Virus record (IMG/VR): IMGVR_UViG_2565956708_000007
DNA: 64,000 nucleotides
Source: a virus
Lineage: Duplodnaviria; Heunggongvirae; Uroviricota; Caudoviricetes
Reading direction: 5' to 3' (one strand)
Position numbers and translations under genes: made by a program. Positions 9,095-22,271 of this stretch are shown one piece after another. The number at the start of each line of letters is the position of its first letter. The stretch's first letter is position 1. The notes beneath the pieces were generated by a model. That model saw only the letters and a program-made list of their open reading frames with translations, was not told the DNA's origin and ran no database searches.

Positions 9095-10189
9095 TCACGA
9101 GAAACTCTTTTCTGATGTCAGCCAACAGTGCTCGTGCATATCTCTTGGTGGTTTTTCGACAAATGCCTCTTCAGCCACATCCTGCCAGGGGATTTGTTTA
9201 GCCCATTCAGTTATAGCGTTATGGTTTGCCGAGAATAACGGTATTGTATAGGCCTTCAGCCAGTCTAATGTGCTGGAGTTGTGTTTTTGAGCGTGATGTT
9301 TCGCATGGTGTTTGGCGATCACGATCGTAGGCACTACCCATTTACTACCGTCAGTCATTGTGAAGTGCATATTACGGGGAACAGATGACTTTTCCATCAA
9401 CTCCCGAATCCCGGGGAATTTCCCCAAGATCAATCGGCGATATTCATCGCTATTGCGCCCACCAAACTCTTTGGCTTTGAATTCAAGATATGCTTCAGAA
9501 ACGAGAGGTGAATCCTCTGTGTTTAGAGTTATCGCCGTGAAAAAACCAGCAGGATTGTTTTTACTATGGGCCAACCGGTGATGCGAATCATAAAAGTACC
9601 CTTTCTCGCGTTCCGATGGTTTCGACAGCAACAGCAGGCGCGAGTCATAATTGGTTAAATTGCCAGTTATCACTGCATGAGCGCGATCGCTGATTTCCGC
9701 CGAGTTAATAACGATGAAAAGATCGTGCGGTCCAGTAAAACCAGCCAGAGACTCTTCGTTATTCAGACAATAGGTTATATAGACGCATCCCCATGTTTCA
9801 CTGATATGCACCAACCCTTTGTCAGGGTGTATTCTGAAATAATTGCCAAGAAAAGGGTGTTTTTGGGTAACTCGCTCCCAATAACGGAACATATAGTCAA
9901 TTATTGTTTTTCGACAATCGTTAATCGCAGGAGAAACAACCACTGTACGGGAACACGAATACAGTATTGTTTGCAGGATGCTAATCACTGCCACAATAGA
10001 GGTTTCCCCAATACCATGTGGTGTGGTGGCAGTGATTTTGGCTCCGGTGTTCTTTATCGCGTTAATAATTTTTGCTTGATGAGGTGTTAACTCAATATCA
10101 AGCAACTCTTTTGCTGCCAGTTCCCAATTGTCTTTATACCGTTCTATCAGTGCTAACCAGGCAGATTCATTCTGTATACGATTAATCAC
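9095..10189 (-). CDS. PacB-like terminase large-subunit ATPase-domain paralog with degenerate Walker motifs, C-terminally truncated
   Basis: Clear similarity to the window's own PacB (e.g. LLLLSKPSEREKGYFYDSHHRLA vs [21 protein letters not shown]; ITLNTEDSPLV vs [11 protein letters not shown]), but Walker A GHGTGKS is PHGIGET and Walker B IIDEAS is VINSAE. Confidence 0.6.
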   Translation of the reverse strand: MINRIQNESAWLALIERYKDNWELAAKELLDIELTPHQAKIINAIKNTGAKITATTPHGIGETSIVAVISILQTILYSCSRTVVVSPAINDCRKTIIDYMFRYWERVTQKHPFLGNYFRIHPDKGLVHISETWGCVYITYCLNNEESLAGFTGPHDLFIVINSAEISDRAHAVITGNLTNYDSRLLLLSKPSEREKGYFYDSHHRLAHSKNNPAGFFTAITLNTEDSPLVSEAYLEFKAKEFGGRNSDEYRRLILGKFPGIRELMEKSSVPRNMHFTMTDGSKWVVPTIVIAKHHAKHHAQKHNSSTLDWLKAYTIPLFSANHNAITEWAKQIPWQDVAEEAFVEKPPRDMHEHCWLTSEKSFS

Positions 10190-10970
10190 TTTCCACCTCT
10201 TCCGTGGTGTTTTCTTGCAGTTCTGTTAATGCAGCACGACATAGGTTCCGGGCATTGGCTATAGCCACACTTTTGACTTCATCCGTCATCGTGCAGGTAA
10301 TGTACTGATCGAGTTCTTCAGCGCGGATGATGCTTTTGCCAATCAGAAACTGTATTTGCCATAGCAGATCGGCATCCATAATCAGAATTTCTGCCGGGCC
10401 TTCAGGGCCAGCCGGGAAGGAAACATAAGACTGTTTGCCAAGGCCGACAACTCGACAACTTGCTTCAAGAATTGCGCGCTTGAGGTCTGACTTTATAACG
10501 GAAACAGGTTGATTTTCACCAGTGATTACGCCGTTGACATGGAAAGGCATGTAGCTTGAAATACGCTCTACTTTCCACACGCCAGCAAGCGATCCTTCAT
10601 GCAGCACAATGGGGGTAACCGCGAGTTTCATCTCACCATATAACTGCTGGCAGATAGCTGGATTGCTGAATACATCTAAAGGCTCACATTCAAACAGCGG
10701 CGCAATCTGCATGAGGTCCATCATGGTCATCCCTGGGGTACGAGCAGTAATGAATTTGCGCATACCAGTATCCATTGCGCTCCAGATTGCTACACCATGC
10801 TTTTTGCTCACTTCTTCAGTAAAGCCAAGGTGGCACATGATGGTTTTTTCGATAGCCAGATCAGAGATAGAAACCTTTTCGCCAGGTACTCCATCATTAT
10901 TGATGGTCACTTCGACACTCTGGCCATTACGTAGGCGGTATTGAATGGTTTTAGTATTTTGTGCTGTCAT
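10182..10970 (-). CDS. Hypothetical protein, co-oriented downstream of ssb
   Basis: ORF with internal start MTAQNTK at 10970; longer track ORF starts at 11090. Confidence 0.45.
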   Translation of the reverse strand: MTAQNTKTIQYRLRNGQSVEVTINNDGVPGEKVSISDLAIEKTIMCHLGFTEEVSKKHGVAIWSAMDTGMRKFITARTPGMTMMDLMQIAPLFECEPLDVFSNPAICQQLYGEMKLAVTPIVLHEGSLAGVWKVERISSYMPFHVNGVITGENQPVSVIKSDLKRAILEASCRVVGLGKQSYVSFPAGPEGPAEILIMDADLLWQIQFLIGKSIIRAEELDQYITCTMTDEVKSVAIANARNLCRAALTELQENTTEEVESD

Positions 10971-11172
10971 AGTCTTTTCTCTGCTTAAAAACTGATGTAT
11001 TGCGTCTTCAGGTGGGTTAGGAATGTTTTCCCACCAGCGAAAGCAATATCTCGTGGTGTTCTGTTCGTTAAAAACGCGTGCCATTGCCAACTTTGGCGTT
11101 TTTTAGCGAGTTCGTGCTTTTGTTGGCGTTTGGACCACCGCTTTTCTTTCAGTCGTTTTTTACTCATAAACT

Positions 11173-11661
11173 CTAAAACGGAATATCGTCTTCAAAGTCC
11201 ATTGGAGGTTCGTTATTGGCGCTGCTCTGAGGTTTGCCGCCACCGCTGTATTGCTGGTGGTTTTGAGGTTGGTTTGACTGCCCCCAGCCATTTGAGGACT
11301 GTGAATCGTCGCGGCGAGTGTCGATCATTTGCATGGTGCCGCCCTGGCTGACGATAATTTCCGTCGTGTAACGTTCTACACCGGCGTCATCAGTCCACTT
11401 ACGGGTTTTAAGTTTCCCTTCGATGTAGACCTGAGAACCTTTTCGTAAATACTCACTCGCAATTTCAGCAAGTTTTCCGAACAAAACGACTTTATGCCAT
11501 TCTGTTTGCTCTTTCTGTTGGCCCGTTTGCTTATCGCGCCATGATTCATTCGTTGCGATGCTGAGTCTTCCGACTGCGCCGCCATTTGGTATATACCTGA
11601 TCTCCGGGTCTTGCCCCAGGGTACCAATCAGGATGACTTTGTTTACACCGCGTTGTGCCAC
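11173..11661 (-). CDS. ssb: Single-stranded DNA-binding protein
   Basis: Classic SSB OB-fold sequence, Gly/Gln-rich linker and acidic C-terminal tip DFEDDIPF. Confidence 0.92.
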   Translation of the reverse strand: MAQRGVNKVILIGTLGQDPEIRYIPNGGAVGRLSIATNESWRDKQTGQQKEQTEWHKVVLFGKLAEIASEYLRKGSQVYIEGKLKTRKWTDDAGVERYTTEIIVSQGGTMQMIDTRRDDSQSSNGWGQSNQPQNHQQYSGGGKPQSSANNEPPMDFEDDIPF

Positions 11662-11680
11662 TTTTCTTACCTTATAAAAT

Positions 11681-11697
11681 AAATTAATTAGAGCAAT
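11681..11697. promoter_or_regulatory. C1 operator-like 17-mer (AAATTAATTAGAGCAAT) upstream of ssb
   Basis: One mismatch to reverse consensus AAATTTATTAGAGCAAT. Confidence 0.55.
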
Positions 11698-11720
11698 AAT
11701 GTATATCTTTGAAACGTGGC

Positions 11721-11742
11721 TAACAAGTGATTTGCATTATCC
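11721..11742 (+). promoter_or_regulatory. Late-promoter-like element (TAACAAGTGATTTGCATTATCC) upstream of lyz
   Basis: Shares AACAAGTGA box plus -10-like hexamer with two other sites in the window. Confidence 0.35.
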
Positions 11743-11830
11743 TGTGCCTTCTAAAGGGATCGAGTCAGTCGGTATTGGCTGTGAATGAGTGTTTGTCCTG
11801 GAGCGTAAAAAATTCGCTTATGAGGTCTTT

Positions 11831-12388
11831 ATGAAGGGAAAAACAGCCGCAGGAGGCGGTGCAATTTGCGCTATCGCGGTGATGATTACCATCGTGATGG
11901 GTAATGGCAATGTGCGAACCAACCAGGCGGGGCTTGAGCTGATTGGTAACGCTGAAGGTTGCCGACGTGATCCATACATGTGCCCGGCGGGGGTATGGAC
12001 TGACGGGATCGGTAATACACACGGGGTAACGCCGGGTGTGCGAAAAACCGACCAGCAAATCGCCGCTGATTGGGAAAAGAATATCCTGATCGCTGAACGC
12101 TGTATTAATCAGCACTTCCGGGGCAAAGACATGCCCGATAATGCCTTCAGTGCAATGACAAGCGCGGCATTCAATATGGGATGCAATAGCTTACGGACCT
12201 ACTACAGCAAAGCGCGAGGCATGCGAGTAGAAACGTCCATCCACAAGTGGGCGCAGAAAGGGGAATGGGTGAATATGTGTAACCATCTCCCTGATTTCGT
12301 GAACAGTAACGGCGTGCCCCTGCGAGGTTTAAAGATTCGCCGTGAAAAAGAACGCCAGCTTTGCCTGACGGGGCTTGTCAATGAATAA
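11831..12388 (+). CDS. lyz: SAR endolysin Lyz
   Basis: MKGKTAAGGGAICAIAVMITIVMG N-terminal signal-arrest-release segment followed by a lysozyme domain; internal start chosen at 11831. Confidence 0.88.
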   Translation: MKGKTAAGGGAICAIAVMITIVMGNGNVRTNQAGLELIGNAEGCRRDPYMCPAGVWTDGIGNTHGVTPGVRKTDQQIAADWEKNILIAERCINQHFRGKDMPDNAFSAMTSAAFNMGCNSLRTYYSKARGMRVETSIHKWAQKGEWVNMCNHLPDFVNSNGVPLRGLKIRREKERQLCLTGLVNE

Positions 12389-12629
12389 ACTCCGGCAGCT
12401 CCGCCGACTTTCGACAATGAAGTTATCGCTGGCGGCGATAGTTTTTGACTCGATTTTCATGGCGGTATATGTGCTCAATGAGACGTGGCCACTGGAACCG
12501 CTATTGTATGCCGGGCTTCGGCTGTGCCTGACATTTTTGAGCATGGCTGCGAGATTGATGCAGCAGAAAGAAACCGCTTCAGATTGTCCACGCCGCGCGG
12601 TGCGCAAATATATGGCACGAAGGCGATAA
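12375..12629 (+). CDS. Hypothetical small membrane protein overlapping the lyz stop
   Basis: 84 aa, two hydrophobic segments, basic C-terminus; ends just before a terminator. Confidence 0.3.
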   Translation: MSMNKLRQLRRLSTMKLSLAAIVFDSIFMAVYVLNETWPLEPLLYAGLRLCLTFLSMAARLMQQKETASDCPRRAVRKYMARRR

Positions 12630-12642
12630 TAGTTAACGAGAA

Positions 12643-12668
12643 CCCCGGCAGCTGCCGGGGTTATTTTT
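12643..12668 (+). terminator. Rho-independent terminator (CCCCGGCAGCTGCCGGGG + TTATTTTT)
   Basis: GC-rich perfect hairpin followed by T-tract. Confidence 0.6.
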
Positions 12669-12673
12669 GGTGG

Positions 12674-15404
<2,731 letters not shown>

Positions 15405-15442
15405 TTAATTAGAATAATTCGCATCGTGTTTGAACGGAATTT

Positions 15443-15460
15443 AACACTAGTCACTTGTTA
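15443..15460. promoter_or_regulatory. Near-palindromic late-promoter-like element (AACACTAGTCACTTGTTA) in the prt/darB divergent intergenic region
   Basis: Reverse complement reads TAACAAGTGACTAGTGTT, the same box seen upstream of lyz. Confidence 0.35.
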
Positions 15461-15470
15461 AGGATTACCA

Positions 15471-18400
15471 ATGAACAAGCTATCTATGGGTGTGTTTCGC
15501 TGTTCAAGTGTCAGCGAAATATTGAAATACATTAGGACAATAACATCTCACCGAGCGCCGATTAAATACGGCGTGGAAAAGGTGGAAGGCAAAAGCTATG
15601 ACCGACTGCGCCGGGAGGCGAATCAGAAGGCGATAGATTTGCTTAATTCGCTGGTGGACGGCGCGACACTGACAGATGAACAGCGCCAGATCCTGGCCGG
15701 GTACACTGGTGAAGGCGGCATTGGCGGGTCCGTCTCCGAATATTACACACCAAAGCCTATCGCTGAAGGTGTCTGGGAGATCATGAAGCTCTACGGCGCG
15801 GACGTAGGTAACACTCTGGAACCATCGGCGGGAACCGGCGTTTTTAATGAGACAAAACCGGTTGGTACGGTGATGACCGCGACTGAGATCAGCAGTGTTT
15901 CCGGTCGTATAAACCAGTTGTTACACCCGGAAGACAGCGTACAGATTTCCCCGTTCGAACAGCTGGCTATAAACACGCCTAACGATTCATTCGACCATGT
16001 TGTGGGTAACGTTCCGTTCGGCGGTCGTGATAACACACGCAACATCGATAAGCCTTACGCAGAAGAAACGGACATGGGTTCTTACTTCATGCTCCGCATG
16101 CTGGACAAGATAAAGCCTGGCGGATTCATGTGTGTGATTGTGCCGCCGTCCATTGTTTCAGGTTCAAACATGAAGCGGTTACGCCTGCGCCTATCACGGA
16201 AAGCTGAATTTCTTGGCGCTCACCGCTTGCCTACCGGTACTTTTGACGCAAACGGGACCAGTACAGTCGTTGATGTGGTGCTGATGCGCAAACATCCGGC
16301 AGAGATGGCTGAGAAAATCCCCCTGGTGGATGAAAGCACTCTCGAATCGGCAAATGTGCTTTGGCCAACGTTTATTTCTGGCAAGTGGTTTGAAAAGGAC
16401 GGCCGCCGGTTTGTTCATGGCACCCAGGAAAAGGGCTTCCAGGGGCGTATTGAGGTTCGTGCCGACGGTCAGATTGATAACCAGGCTCTTAAAGCGAAGC
16501 TGATTCATCGTTTCGAAAGCCGTATCGACTGGTCTTTGCTCGATATGGCTGAACCGTCACCGACCGCAGACGTTGTTGGTGAAGGGGAAATGCGCCTGAT
16601 TAATGGCGTATGGCAAAAATATGCTGGTGGTCGCTGGATTGAAGCTGATGCCGGGAAGGAACTTAAGATCGATGCTGCCAGTTATGGCGCGGATAGCTGG
16701 GAGGCTCTTCAGCGTAACCTGACTACAACAGAAGGCCGTCTCGGCATGACATTTACCCAGATGGCAAATGTCCGCGATAAGTACACCACATCAATCAGCG
16801 ACGATATGGTGCAGCTGGTGGACTGGATTAACAGCCAGCCTGAAAAATACCGTGAACGCTTGTATCGCGGGGCGATGATTGGCCGGATGTTAATTGAATA
16901 TCAGGACATGAAGGCCGCCGGGCATAGTGCTGAACAAATCGAACAGCAGCGCCTTTCTCTGGTATCCCGTTTGCAGGCAGAGATTGACCGTTTTGGTAAC
17001 CCCGGTCGCGGTCCGATAGCGAAATTGTCGGGGAGCGGTGCGCGCGCCTGGTTTGCTTTCCGTGGTGCGATTAAGCTGGATGGCACTATTTCTGACGAGC
17101 TGACAGGAAAGCTGGTTACGCATGATTCCAGCGCCAGTTATGACTCCACCAGCTATCAGGACACCCTGCGTTATCTCTATAGCGATCTTACCCGCGATCC
17201 AATCCAGCTCGATGATTTCCGCCTTGCGTTTACCGGCGAACTGCCAGCCAGTGATGAAGAGTTGCTTAATTTATTGGCCAGCACCCCTGGTATTGCGGTT
17301 TCACCGTATGGCGGGATTGTTCCGTTCGCCCGCGCCACCAGCGGCGACATTAACGAGATAGTGGCTCCAAAACAGGAATTTCTTGCCACACTCCCCGACG
17401 GTCCAGTAAAGAACAACGTCCTTAATCAGCTGGCAGCGATCGAAGAGAAGCGCATCAAGACGCCAGCAGAGAATATCCGCTTTAAGCTCAATAGCCGTTG
17501 GTTCGACCGCTCCGTCATTCTGGAATTTTTGCAGGAAAACGGCTATCCGGATCTGCGCTATGTGCAGTCAGTGCAGCTGGAAGGCGACGAAATGGTTTCT
17601 GACACCTATCACGGTGGTGATGGTCTGTTCGTCGGGCACCGATACGGTGTCGTCCAGCGCAAGGATAAAGAAACAGGCGAGATCCGCTACGAGTGGGACC
17701 GTAAATCGGGTGAAAACGCGACCGGGTTCCCGGCACAGCTGGAAAAGTATCTCAATGGTGCGCGTATCGGTGGCAAAGATAGCGCGACGGCGAACGGCTA
17801 CCGCGAGCAGATGGCACTGCTTGAGGACCAGTTCAATAAGTGGATCAAGACGCACGATCGCTACGATGAGCTGGTTGCCAAATACAACGATGTGTTCAAT
17901 AGCAATATCCCGTATGAACACTCTGGCGATCCGCTTGGGTTGAAGGGATTAAGCGGTAAGCGCCAGCCATTTGATTACCAGAATAGCGAGGTGCGCCGAC
18001 TGTCCGAAGATGGGCGCGGCATCCTGGGCTTCGGCACCGGGCTGGGTAAAACCACGACCGCGCTGGCGCTTGAGGCGTTCAACTATGAGAACGGTCGCTC
18101 TACCCGTACTGCGTATGTAGTGCCTAAATCAGTGCTGGAAAATTGGTATTACGAAGCAAAAGAATTCCTGAGTGAAGAGGCATTCAGTAACTACTTGTTC
18201 GTCGGTCTTGATGTGCTGATGGATGGCGATCAGATTCGCCAGGTGCCGGTGCTCAATGAGAACGGTAAACCTGTTCTTGGTACTGATGGCACTCCAGTTA
18301 TGCGCGATGCTCTTAAGCTGGCAGATGAAGCCACTATCACGGCGCGGATGAACGCGATCCCGCACTCAAACTACCGTGCAGTCGTGTTTACCAAAGAACA

Positions 18401-21400
18401 ATACGCCCGCATTCCGCTACGTGATGACACCGTAGATGAGCATGCACAAGACATGCTTTATGACTTCGTTGCCGCCGGGCGCGTAGCCAGCGCAATGGAT
18501 TCCGACTCCCATCGTAAAGAGGCGGCGCGTCGCCGGGTATTGTCGGAGTATTCAGATACCGGTACCGAAAAAGCAGAGAAATATCCGTACTTTGAGGATA
18601 TGGGCTTCGATAGTGTGATCGCCGACGAAGGCCACAACTACCGCAATAGCTATAAAAATGGTCGCGAAGCGTCACAACTGGCCTATCTGCCCACCAGCGC
18701 GGTGGCGCAATCGGCGCGGGATATGGCAATCAAAAACGCGTACCTGATGAAAAAGAATGGCGGGCGCGGGCCGGTTCTCCTGACTGCAACGCCAGTCGTT
18801 AACACCCCGATCGATGCATACAACATGCTTTCTCATGTTCTGCCGAAGGAATACTGGCAGAAGATGGGGATCTACGGTCCTGATGACTTCGTTAAATTCT
18901 TCGGCAAGACCAGGCTGGAAACGGTACAGAAAATCAGCGGTGAAGTTGAAGAAAAAATGGCGCTGGTGGGCTTTGAAAACCTTGATGCGCTGCGCGGTAT
19001 ATTCCATCGCTGGGTAACGCTTAAAACGGCGGAAGACGTTAAGGATACCGTGGAGATCCCGGAGCTGGACGAACACCAGCAGGATGCACCACTTACTGAA
19101 GAACAACTGGCGGCGTATGAAGAATTGCGTCAGCAGGCGGAAGCGGCGGCCAAAGCCAACAATGGCGTAACGACCTCGGTCAATGAAGACGGCGTGATTG
19201 AGCACGAGAAAGCCCGTCCGATCTTCTCAATAATCAGGGATATGGACCGCGTATGTACTGACATGGACCTGTACTATCGCCGGATCACCTATCGTTTCCT
19301 GCCGGAGTACGCCGATGCGGTGCAGCAGCTGGCGGACAGTTTGCCTAAACAAGCCACCAGCGAAGACGACGACAGTGATGATTCAATCACGCAGCAATCG
19401 CAATACTCCCTGATAGATAAGGGCGAGTTTATTCAGTTGCAGGTTCCGGAAGCGTTCGAGCAGGAAGTGAATAAGCGCCTGGCCAGGTTTGGCATTGACG
19501 AACAGACCGTAACTCACCCCGTTACGCCGAAATACGCGAAGCTGATCGCCACGCTGAAGGAGTTTTTCCCGGAAGGTAAGCAAATCATCTTCACCGATGA
19601 AAAAACGCAGCACCAGAAGCTCAAGCGCATTATCTGCAATGCTCTAAACCTTGAACCTTCAAAGGTGGGGATCCTGAATGCTCAGACGGTTGCCGAGGCA
19701 GGTAAAACCGGTAAGAAACTGAAAGCGGTTAAACCGCCGAAAGAGTTACCGGATGAACCAACAGATGCACAGATAGCGAAATACAACGAGCAAATGGCTC
19801 TGTATGACGCCTATATCGCGCAGCAAAATGAAATGTCGTTGGGCGGTCTGGAAAAGATTGCAGCCGACTTCCAGGAGGGCCGGACTCCGATCATCATCTG
19901 CAACAAAAAGGCAGAGGTGGGTATCAACCTGCATCGAGGAACGACTGACATCCATCATCTGACGTTGCCATGGACTCCAGCCAGTATTGCGCAACGAAAC
20001 GGTCGCGGTGCCCGAGTTGGCTCCAACCGTGCAAGCGTTCGCGTTCACTACTACTGCGGCAAGGGTTCTTTCGATGAATACCGACTGAAGACGCTGAAGC
20101 GTAAAGCAGGCTGGATCTCCGATATCCTCCGTTCAGATAAGTCAGAAATGGAGAACGCCGACGCCAACGATATGATCGAAATGCAGATGTATACCGCTAA
20201 GGATGATGGCGAACGTCTGGCAATGATGCAGGTTCAAATGGATAAGGCGAAAGCCGCGCAACGCGCTCGCCAGAAAGAACAGGCTACTATCGACCTTCAG
20301 AACTACATCAAGGCGCAGCACGCAGCTGGTGAGGATGTGGAGGTGCTTACCGCTGAATTAGAGCGAAGCAAAGCGGAACTTGAAAAGACCACCGCCGAGG
20401 TAGCTAAATTCAAACAGGCGGCAATGGCCAAGGCAGCGGATAACGCAGACTGGAAGGCACGCTGGGGGAGTGTCCATCACACAGACCGTATGTTGTTAGC
20501 ACAGTATCGCGCGTCGTTGAAAAGCGCCATTCAGCGCAAGGCTAATATCTCTCAAGCCATCTCCCGCTATGAGAAATTATTGAACCGTACTCAGAAGGCC
20601 GCGACGGATATCAAACGCCTGCGCCCGCTGGTGGAGGATGCATTAAATAAAGGCATTCTGGATGTTGATCCTGACCTGGTTAACCATGCGAGTGAGTTCC
20701 TTGTTATCGGCGATCGCTCATGGCGTGTAGGCCAATACTACGATTGTGCCGGTGATATCGTTCGCATTAAGTCGCTGGACTTCGACAGCCAGCGCGCAGA
20801 CGTGGAGATCATCTTCACCTTCAAAGGCACCAAATCTGGTAACTGGGATGTGAAGACGCTGGATAAACAGGTTGATGTAACTCCCGATGAAGATGCTGTT
20901 ATGCAGAAAATCAGTGGTGGCGTCTCCATCGCCGGGATTAACGACATCGTTTCCTGTGACGATTTCTACCGTTTCCAGCAGCGCGGCATGATCAAAATCA
21001 CTGACTCATACGGTGTTCAGACTACAGAGTCAGGCTATAGCATTGATTTTGTTGGTACCTATACGGACCCACTGAAGCATGCGGTTTACCCGGATCGCCG
21101 TGACGGCGCGCTGAAGTCGTCAATTGCAAAATGGGTGCTTGGTATGATGTCGGAAGGGAATAACCGCCAGATCCGTTCGGCAGAAGCATTCCTGGTTGAA
21201 CTGTTTGGCTCCAATTATGGCGATGTAATCGCGTCATACGGAGATACGCTATCCCCTGAAGCAATTCAGGAGAAAATAGCGGATGCGATCGCCAGAATGC
21301 CGGAGAAAACAAGCCAGGGGGCTACTCGTAACGGGGATTCTGAACTTGAAGTCACCAATGCCATTTTCGGTACCAATGAGTTCCGGGCGTCAGATTATGA

Positions 21401-22238
21401 GATCACCACAGCACAGTTTGGCACCATTGGCATTTACAGCAATAAAGACGAGATCAAGCAGGCAATGGACGCAGCAAGCGCGCGCATTGCAGCAGAACGG
21501 AAAGTCAATCTGAATCATGCAGTCGCCGCGCTGACTCAATCGTGGGTAACAGCAATCAGGGAGGCCGCCACCACAGGAAAAATCACACCGGCAATTGCGG
21601 ATGTCGTAAACGACGGCTCTAAATTTATGGATGCCTATAAAATGGATGCGGTGCAGTTGCCATCAGCCTATGGGCAACTCAGCTATCGCATGACCTACAA
21701 CCTGGTATCAATGTTTACCGACCTTGCCATCCTTGGGCTGGTGGACCTTAACGAGGTTACGCCGGAATTGCTCAGCATGCGCAAGAATCATGTGGAGATA
21801 TTGCACAGAATTAACACGGTACTTGCCGGGCGCACCGATGAAGAGAAACAGGCAGACGCTGATCGGATAAACCTGGCCCTTGGCAACATCACGGAGGAAG
21901 AAATTGCTGCCAGAAACGAGAAACAAGAAGAGTTATCATCAATACAGGGTGATGCCACCAGCATAGCTCAGTCTCTTGGTCTGAATTATCGCGTATCCAC
22001 CGCCGACCTGAAGATGATGTACGCACCAAAATTCGCCGCTGGCGAGGTATTTGGGCTTCAGGAAGCCTCCGGCATGAAAGGGGTTCTTTTCCGTGCGAAA
22101 GACGCAATCAAGGCGAAATTCGGCGCTCGCTGGTTGCCAGCGAAGGCGAAGAACAGCGACTTCCCAGGTAACTGGTGGATTATCGAGACAAAACACAACG
22201 TGGCGGACGTTCTGGCCGTCATCCAACAATACGCATAA
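15471..22238 (+). CDS. darB: DarB, giant antirestriction protein with N6-adenine methyltransferase-like and DExH helicase domains
   Basis: 2255 aa; helicase motifs VIADEGHNYRN and LLTATPVVN read from translation. Confidence 0.85.
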   Translation: MNKLSMGVFRCSSVSEILKYIRTITSHRAPIKYGVEKVEGKSYDRLRREANQKAIDLLNSLVDGATLTDEQRQILAGYTGEGGIGGSVSEYYTPKPIAEGVWEIMKLYGADVGNTLEPSAGTGVFNETKPVGTVMTATEISSVSGRINQLLHPEDSVQISPFEQLAINTPNDSFDHVVGNVPFGGRDNTRNIDKPYAEETDMGSYFMLRMLDKIKPGGFMCVIVPPSIVSGSNMKRLRLRLSRKAEFLGAHRLPTGTFDANGTSTVVDVVLMRKHPAEMAEKIPLVDESTLESANVLWPTFISGKWFEKDGRRFVHGTQEKGFQGRIEVRADGQIDNQALKAKLIHRFESRIDWSLLDMAEPSPTADVVGEGEMRLINGVWQKYAGGRWIEADAGKELKIDAASYGADSWEALQRNLTTTEGRLGMTFTQMANVRDKYTTSISDDMVQLVDWINSQPEKYRERLYRGAMIGRMLIEYQDMKAAGHSAEQIEQQRLSLVSRLQAEIDRFGNPGRGPIAKLSGSGARAWFAFRGAIKLDGTISDELTGKLVTHDSSASYDSTSYQDTLRYLYSDLTRDPIQLDDFRLAFTGELPASDEELLNLLASTPGIAVSPYGGIVPFARATSGDINEIVAPKQEFLATLPDGPVKNNVLNQLAAIEEKRIKTPAENIRFKLNSRWFDRSVILEFLQENGYPDLRYVQSVQLEGDEMVSDTYHGGDGLFVGHRYGVVQRKDKETGEIRYEWDRKSGENATGFPAQLEKYLNGARIGGKDSATANGYREQMALLEDQFNKWIKTHDRYDELVAKYNDVFNSNIPYEHSGDPLGLKGLSGKRQPFDYQNSEVRRLSEDGRGILGFGTGLGKTTTALALEAFNYENGRSTRTAYVVPKSVLENWYYEAKEFLSEEAFSNYLFVGLDVLMDGDQIRQVPVLNENGKPVLGTDGTPVMRDALKLADEATITARMNAIPHSNYRAVVFTKEQYARIPLRDDTVDEHAQDMLYDFVAAGRVASAMDSDSHRKEAARRRVLSEYSDTGTEKAEKYPYFEDMGFDSVIADEGHNYRNSYKNGREASQLAYLPTSAVAQSARDMAIKNAYLMKKNGGRGPVLLTATPVVNTPIDAYNMLSHVLPKEYWQKMGIYGPDDFVKFFGKTRLETVQKISGEVEEKMALVGFENLDALRGIFHRWVTLKTAEDVKDTVEIPELDEHQQDAPLTEEQLAAYEELRQQAEAAAKANNGVTTSVNEDGVIEHEKARPIFSIIRDMDRVCTDMDLYYRRITYRFLPEYADAVQQLADSLPKQATSEDDDSDDSITQQSQYSLIDKGEFIQLQVPEAFEQEVNKRLARFGIDEQTVTHPVTPKYAKLIATLKEFFPEGKQIIFTDEKTQHQKLKRIICNALNLEPSKVGILNAQTVAEAGKTGKKLKAVKPPKELPDEPTDAQIAKYNEQMALYDAYIAQQNEMSLGGLEKIAADFQEGRTPIIICNKKAEVGINLHRGTTDIHHLTLPWTPASIAQRNGRGARVGSNRASVRVHYYCGKGSFDEYRLKTLKRKAGWISDILRSDKSEMENADANDMIEMQMYTAKDDGERLAMMQVQMDKAKAAQRARQKEQATIDLQNYIKAQHAAGEDVEVLTAELERSKAELEKTTAEVAKFKQAAMAKAADNADWKARWGSVHHTDRMLLAQYRASLKSAIQRKANISQAISRYEKLLNRTQKAATDIKRLRPLVEDALNKGILDVDPDLVNHASEFLVIGDRSWRVGQYYDCAGDIVRIKSLDFDSQRADVEIIFTFKGTKSGNWDVKTLDKQVDVTPDEDAVMQKISGGVSIAGINDIVSCDDFYRFQQRGMIKITDSYGVQTTESGYSIDFVGTYTDPLKHAVYPDRRDGALKSSIAKWVLGMMSEGNNRQIRSAEAFLVELFGSNYGDVIASYGDTLSPEAIQEKIADAIARMPEKTSQGATRNGDSELEVTNAIFGTNEFRASDYEITTAQFGTIGIYSNKDEIKQAMDAASARIAAERKVNLNHAVAALTQSWVTAIREAATTGKITPAIADVVNDGSKFMDAYKMDAVQLPSAYGQLSYRMTYNLVSMFTDLAILGLVDLNEVTPELLSMRKNHVEILHRINTVLAGRTDEEKQADADRINLALGNITEEEIAARNEKQEELSSIQGDATSIAQSLGLNYRVSTADLKMMYAPKFAAGEVFGLQEASGMKGVLFRAKDAIKAKFGARWLPAKAKNSDFPGNWWIIETKHNVADVLAVIQQYA

Positions 22239-22271
22239 CAGGAGCGCCCGGTTCGCCGGGCGTCGCATAAT

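Noticed and set aside
8752-11172. IS1 or other insertion sequence between ddrB and ssb
   Set aside because: From memory of the P1 map an IS1 copy lies in this neighbourhood, but no transposase-like ORF or terminal inverted repeats are visible here
15791-21926. Numerous antisense and alternative-frame ORFs inside darB and other large genes
   Set aside because: Embedded in long, well-supported ORFs and lack independent signals; treated as frame noise
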